From the NCBI GenBank assembly GCA_944323685.1, contig CALUTJ010000003.1, positions 67,342 to 131,341 on the forward strand: a stretch of 64,000 nt of DNA. The letters are read 5' to 3'. A program made the translations under genes and the position numbers. The notes under the pieces were generated by a model. The model did not search any database. It had not been told where the DNA came from and saw only the letters and a list, made by a program, of their open reading frames with translations. Positions 62,346 to 64,000 of this stretch are shown here, in pieces; the first letter of the stretch is position 1, and every line of letters starts with the position of its first letter. Source of the stretch: Candidatus Gastranaerophilales bacterium (GTDB lineage Bacteria > Cyanobacteriota > Vampirovibrionia > Gastranaerophilales > Gastranaerophilaceae).

Positions 62346-64000
62346 TTATATTTTTGTTAAATCAATCAATTCACCTAATTTAAAATTAAATATGTCTGGA
62401 GTAAAGATATGTGTACCTGATGCGCTTGTAAAAGTCATTTCTCCAAAATATAATTTGTTGTCATTTTCATAAAAGTCAACTCTAACGAAAGGAAAACCTT
62501 TTGACATAATATTTGCAAATTTGAGCATTTTTTCAAAATTATAAGGTTTAGCACAAGGAGAAAAGTTGTCATATACATGTTTTTCTGATATTTTTTCTGG
62601 GACTAAATTCCAATTTATATCATATAAATTGCGCTTATGGTTTTTATATCTGTCTTTATCAACCCAGACATATTTAACTTCACCGCTAAAACACAGGAAT
62701 TTGTAGTCTTTTAAATCACCGTCATCAGCTTCAATATATTCTTCCGCAATTATTAATGGTTTGATATTTTTATAATGTAATTCTAAGCCGCCTAACAGTG
62801 CATAATTTGTATTTAACCATTTTTTTATTTTACGTTTGGCTAATTTTTTATCAAATTTGTTTTTATCAGTTACAATAATATTCCAGCTGCTTCCGTGATT
62901 TGCTTTCAGCACAAACTTGTCAGGCAATTTGTCAAAATCTATATCGTCAAAGTTTTTCCAAACACCGAGAAGCGGGATAAGGTATTCTTCGCCGATTTTT
63001 TCTTTAACCCAATCACGCACAAGGAATTTGTCTGCGAGTTTTGTTTTTAATGGAGTTGAGTCGTACAGTTTTAGCCACTGTATTTTTTCGTTAAAAGTTT
63101 GCGGATTTTCAAGGTTAAGCATTTTTCCGGTTGTAAAATAAAACCAATCTTTTAAGTATTCTTGATACATACATTCCGGTATGTATTTTAAATATTTGGT
63201 ACGATTTATTTTTATTTTTATTCCAAATATTGTAATTACTTTATAAATATTTTCTTTTTTCATTGAGAATATTTTTTGAATAAAAGATTTAATTTTTGAA
63301 GGTTTCTTTATAATTTTTTTGTAAAATTTATCTGGATTATTAATTATCAAATCTAAATTTTCTATATCTTTTTTGCTAAATAGGTTTTTATCTATTTCTC
63401 CAGTGTTTTTAGCTAATTTATAATCCTCGCTAAACTTTTTTATAAATTCTTTTTTATATTTATTATCAATTCTGCTTAATGTAAATAAGTAATTACCGTA
63501 TCTTTTAAATTGATAAACAGGTATGTACTTTTTTAATTCATTTTTGCTATTAATAATGTTTCTGATGAAGTCATATTCCTCACACATACAATAAATTTTA
63601 GACTTATCATTTACAGAAGAATTCGGATTATCCTTTCTTTTCATATAGAATGGTTTATCCAAAAAATAGACTTTTTGTGCAAACATAAAGGTTTGGAACC
63701 AAAAGCCGTTATCTTGAAAAGATGCCCCTGGAGTTTCATTATGTCTTATATTATTTTTTTTCAAAAAATCAAGATTATAAATTCCTGTCCAGGTATTCAT
63801 CGTTAAATTAAATAATTTTAAATTTTCTGAAGGGGTTAAAATTTTATTATAAAAATTAACAGTTTTATCTATTTGAGCATAATAAAATGTTTTATTTTTA
63901 TCTCCATCAAACCTGTAAAAATCAGCTTTAATAAAGTCTAAATCCAGTTCTTTAGCTTTGTTATACAATGTTTCATACATATTTAATTTAATGTAGTCAT
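62346..64000 (-). CDS. fusion protein: family-2 glycosyltransferase (N-terminus beyond window) plus TupA-like ATP-grasp
   Basis: The reading frame stays open upstream of ATG 63980 to the window edge (…DYIKLNMYETLY…, typical of the region after the GT2 DxD motif). The C-terminal 300 aa are about 90% identical to ORF 60032..60946. Confidence 0.7.
   Translation of the reverse strand, partial: DYIKLNMYETLYNKAKELDLDFIKADFYRFDGDKNKTFYYAQIDKTVNFYNKILTPSENLKLFNLTMNTWTGIYNLDFLKKNNIRHNETPGASFQDNGFWFQTFMFAQKVYFLDKPFYMKRKDNPNSSVNDKSKIYCMCEEYDFIRNIINSKNELKKYIPVYQFKRYGNYLFTLSRIDNKYKKEFIKKFSEDYKLAKNTGEIDKNLFSKKDIENLDLIINNPDKFYKKIIKKPSKIKSFIQKIFSMKKENIYKVITIFGIKIKINRTKYLKYIPECMYQEYLKDWFYFTTGKMLNLENPQTFNEKIQWLKLYDSTPLKTKLADKFLVRDWVKEKIGEEYLIPLLGVWKNFDDIDFDKLPDKFVLKANHGSSWNIIVTDKNKFDKKLAKRKIKKWLNTNYALLGGLELHYKNIKPLIIAEEYIEADDGDLKDYKFLCFSGEVKYVWVDKDRYKNHKRNLYDINWNLVPEKISEKHVYDNFSPCAKPYNFEKMLKFANIMSKGFPFVRVDFYENDNKLYFGEMTFTSASGTHIFTPDIFNFKLGELIDLTKI

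Overview
AT-rich bacterial chromosomal window, densely packed with mostly housekeeping genes. No rRNA, CRISPR array, transposase, integrase or phage genes were seen.

**Gene content**
- Translation and RNA: partial gltX, trmFO, der, typA, rlmD-like, a TrmH-family methyltransferase, and one tRNA-Arg(CCG).
- Flagellar: flagellin, plus a separate fliJ-fliK-flgD-flgE block.
- Cell division and wall: a minus-strand dcw block (murF-mraY-murD-ftsW-murG-ftsB-like) and ftsEX.
- Other core genes: secDF, plsY, recF, coaD, prs, a malic enzyme, and M16 and M24 peptidases.
- Signalling: HD-GYP and HDOD proteins.
- 3' end: a polysaccharide-modification corner with a GT2/ATP-grasp fusion, a methyltransferase-like gene and a second ATP-grasp.
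- The mix of flagella, a DUF3326-like gene, diderm-type OmpA/MotB and SecDF is compatible with a gut-type non-photosynthetic cyanobacterial relative. I cannot verify this without a search.

**Main unexplained signal: a mosaic family of GC-rich intergenic repeats**
- A 122-nt element occurs 4 times (14294, 18392, 52669, 61071), always co-oriented with local transcription.
  - One copy abuts tRNA-Arg as its leader.
  - One copy sits between the last dcw gene and an intrinsic terminator.
  - One copy carries a 57-nt insertion.
- That insertion is homologous to part of a ~340-nt tandem duplication lying just downstream of the flagellin terminator (2158-2850).
- These look like RNA-level elements rather than transposons.

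**Other points of interest**
- The flagellin gene has a sigma-28-like promoter and a ~235-nt leader. The leader carries three copies of an 11-mer and a near-consensus CsrA site.
- A hybrid-cluster-protein homologue appears to have lost its metal ligands.
- A non-canonical MotA/ExbB-like plus MotB/OmpA-like pair is present.
- A repeat-rich protein ends in a papain/calpain-like Cys-protease domain.
- One membrane-protein gene is split by a single in-frame TAA.
- The malic enzyme contains an internal degenerate duplication.
- Two TupA-like ATP-grasp modules share mosaic near-identical DNA blocks.
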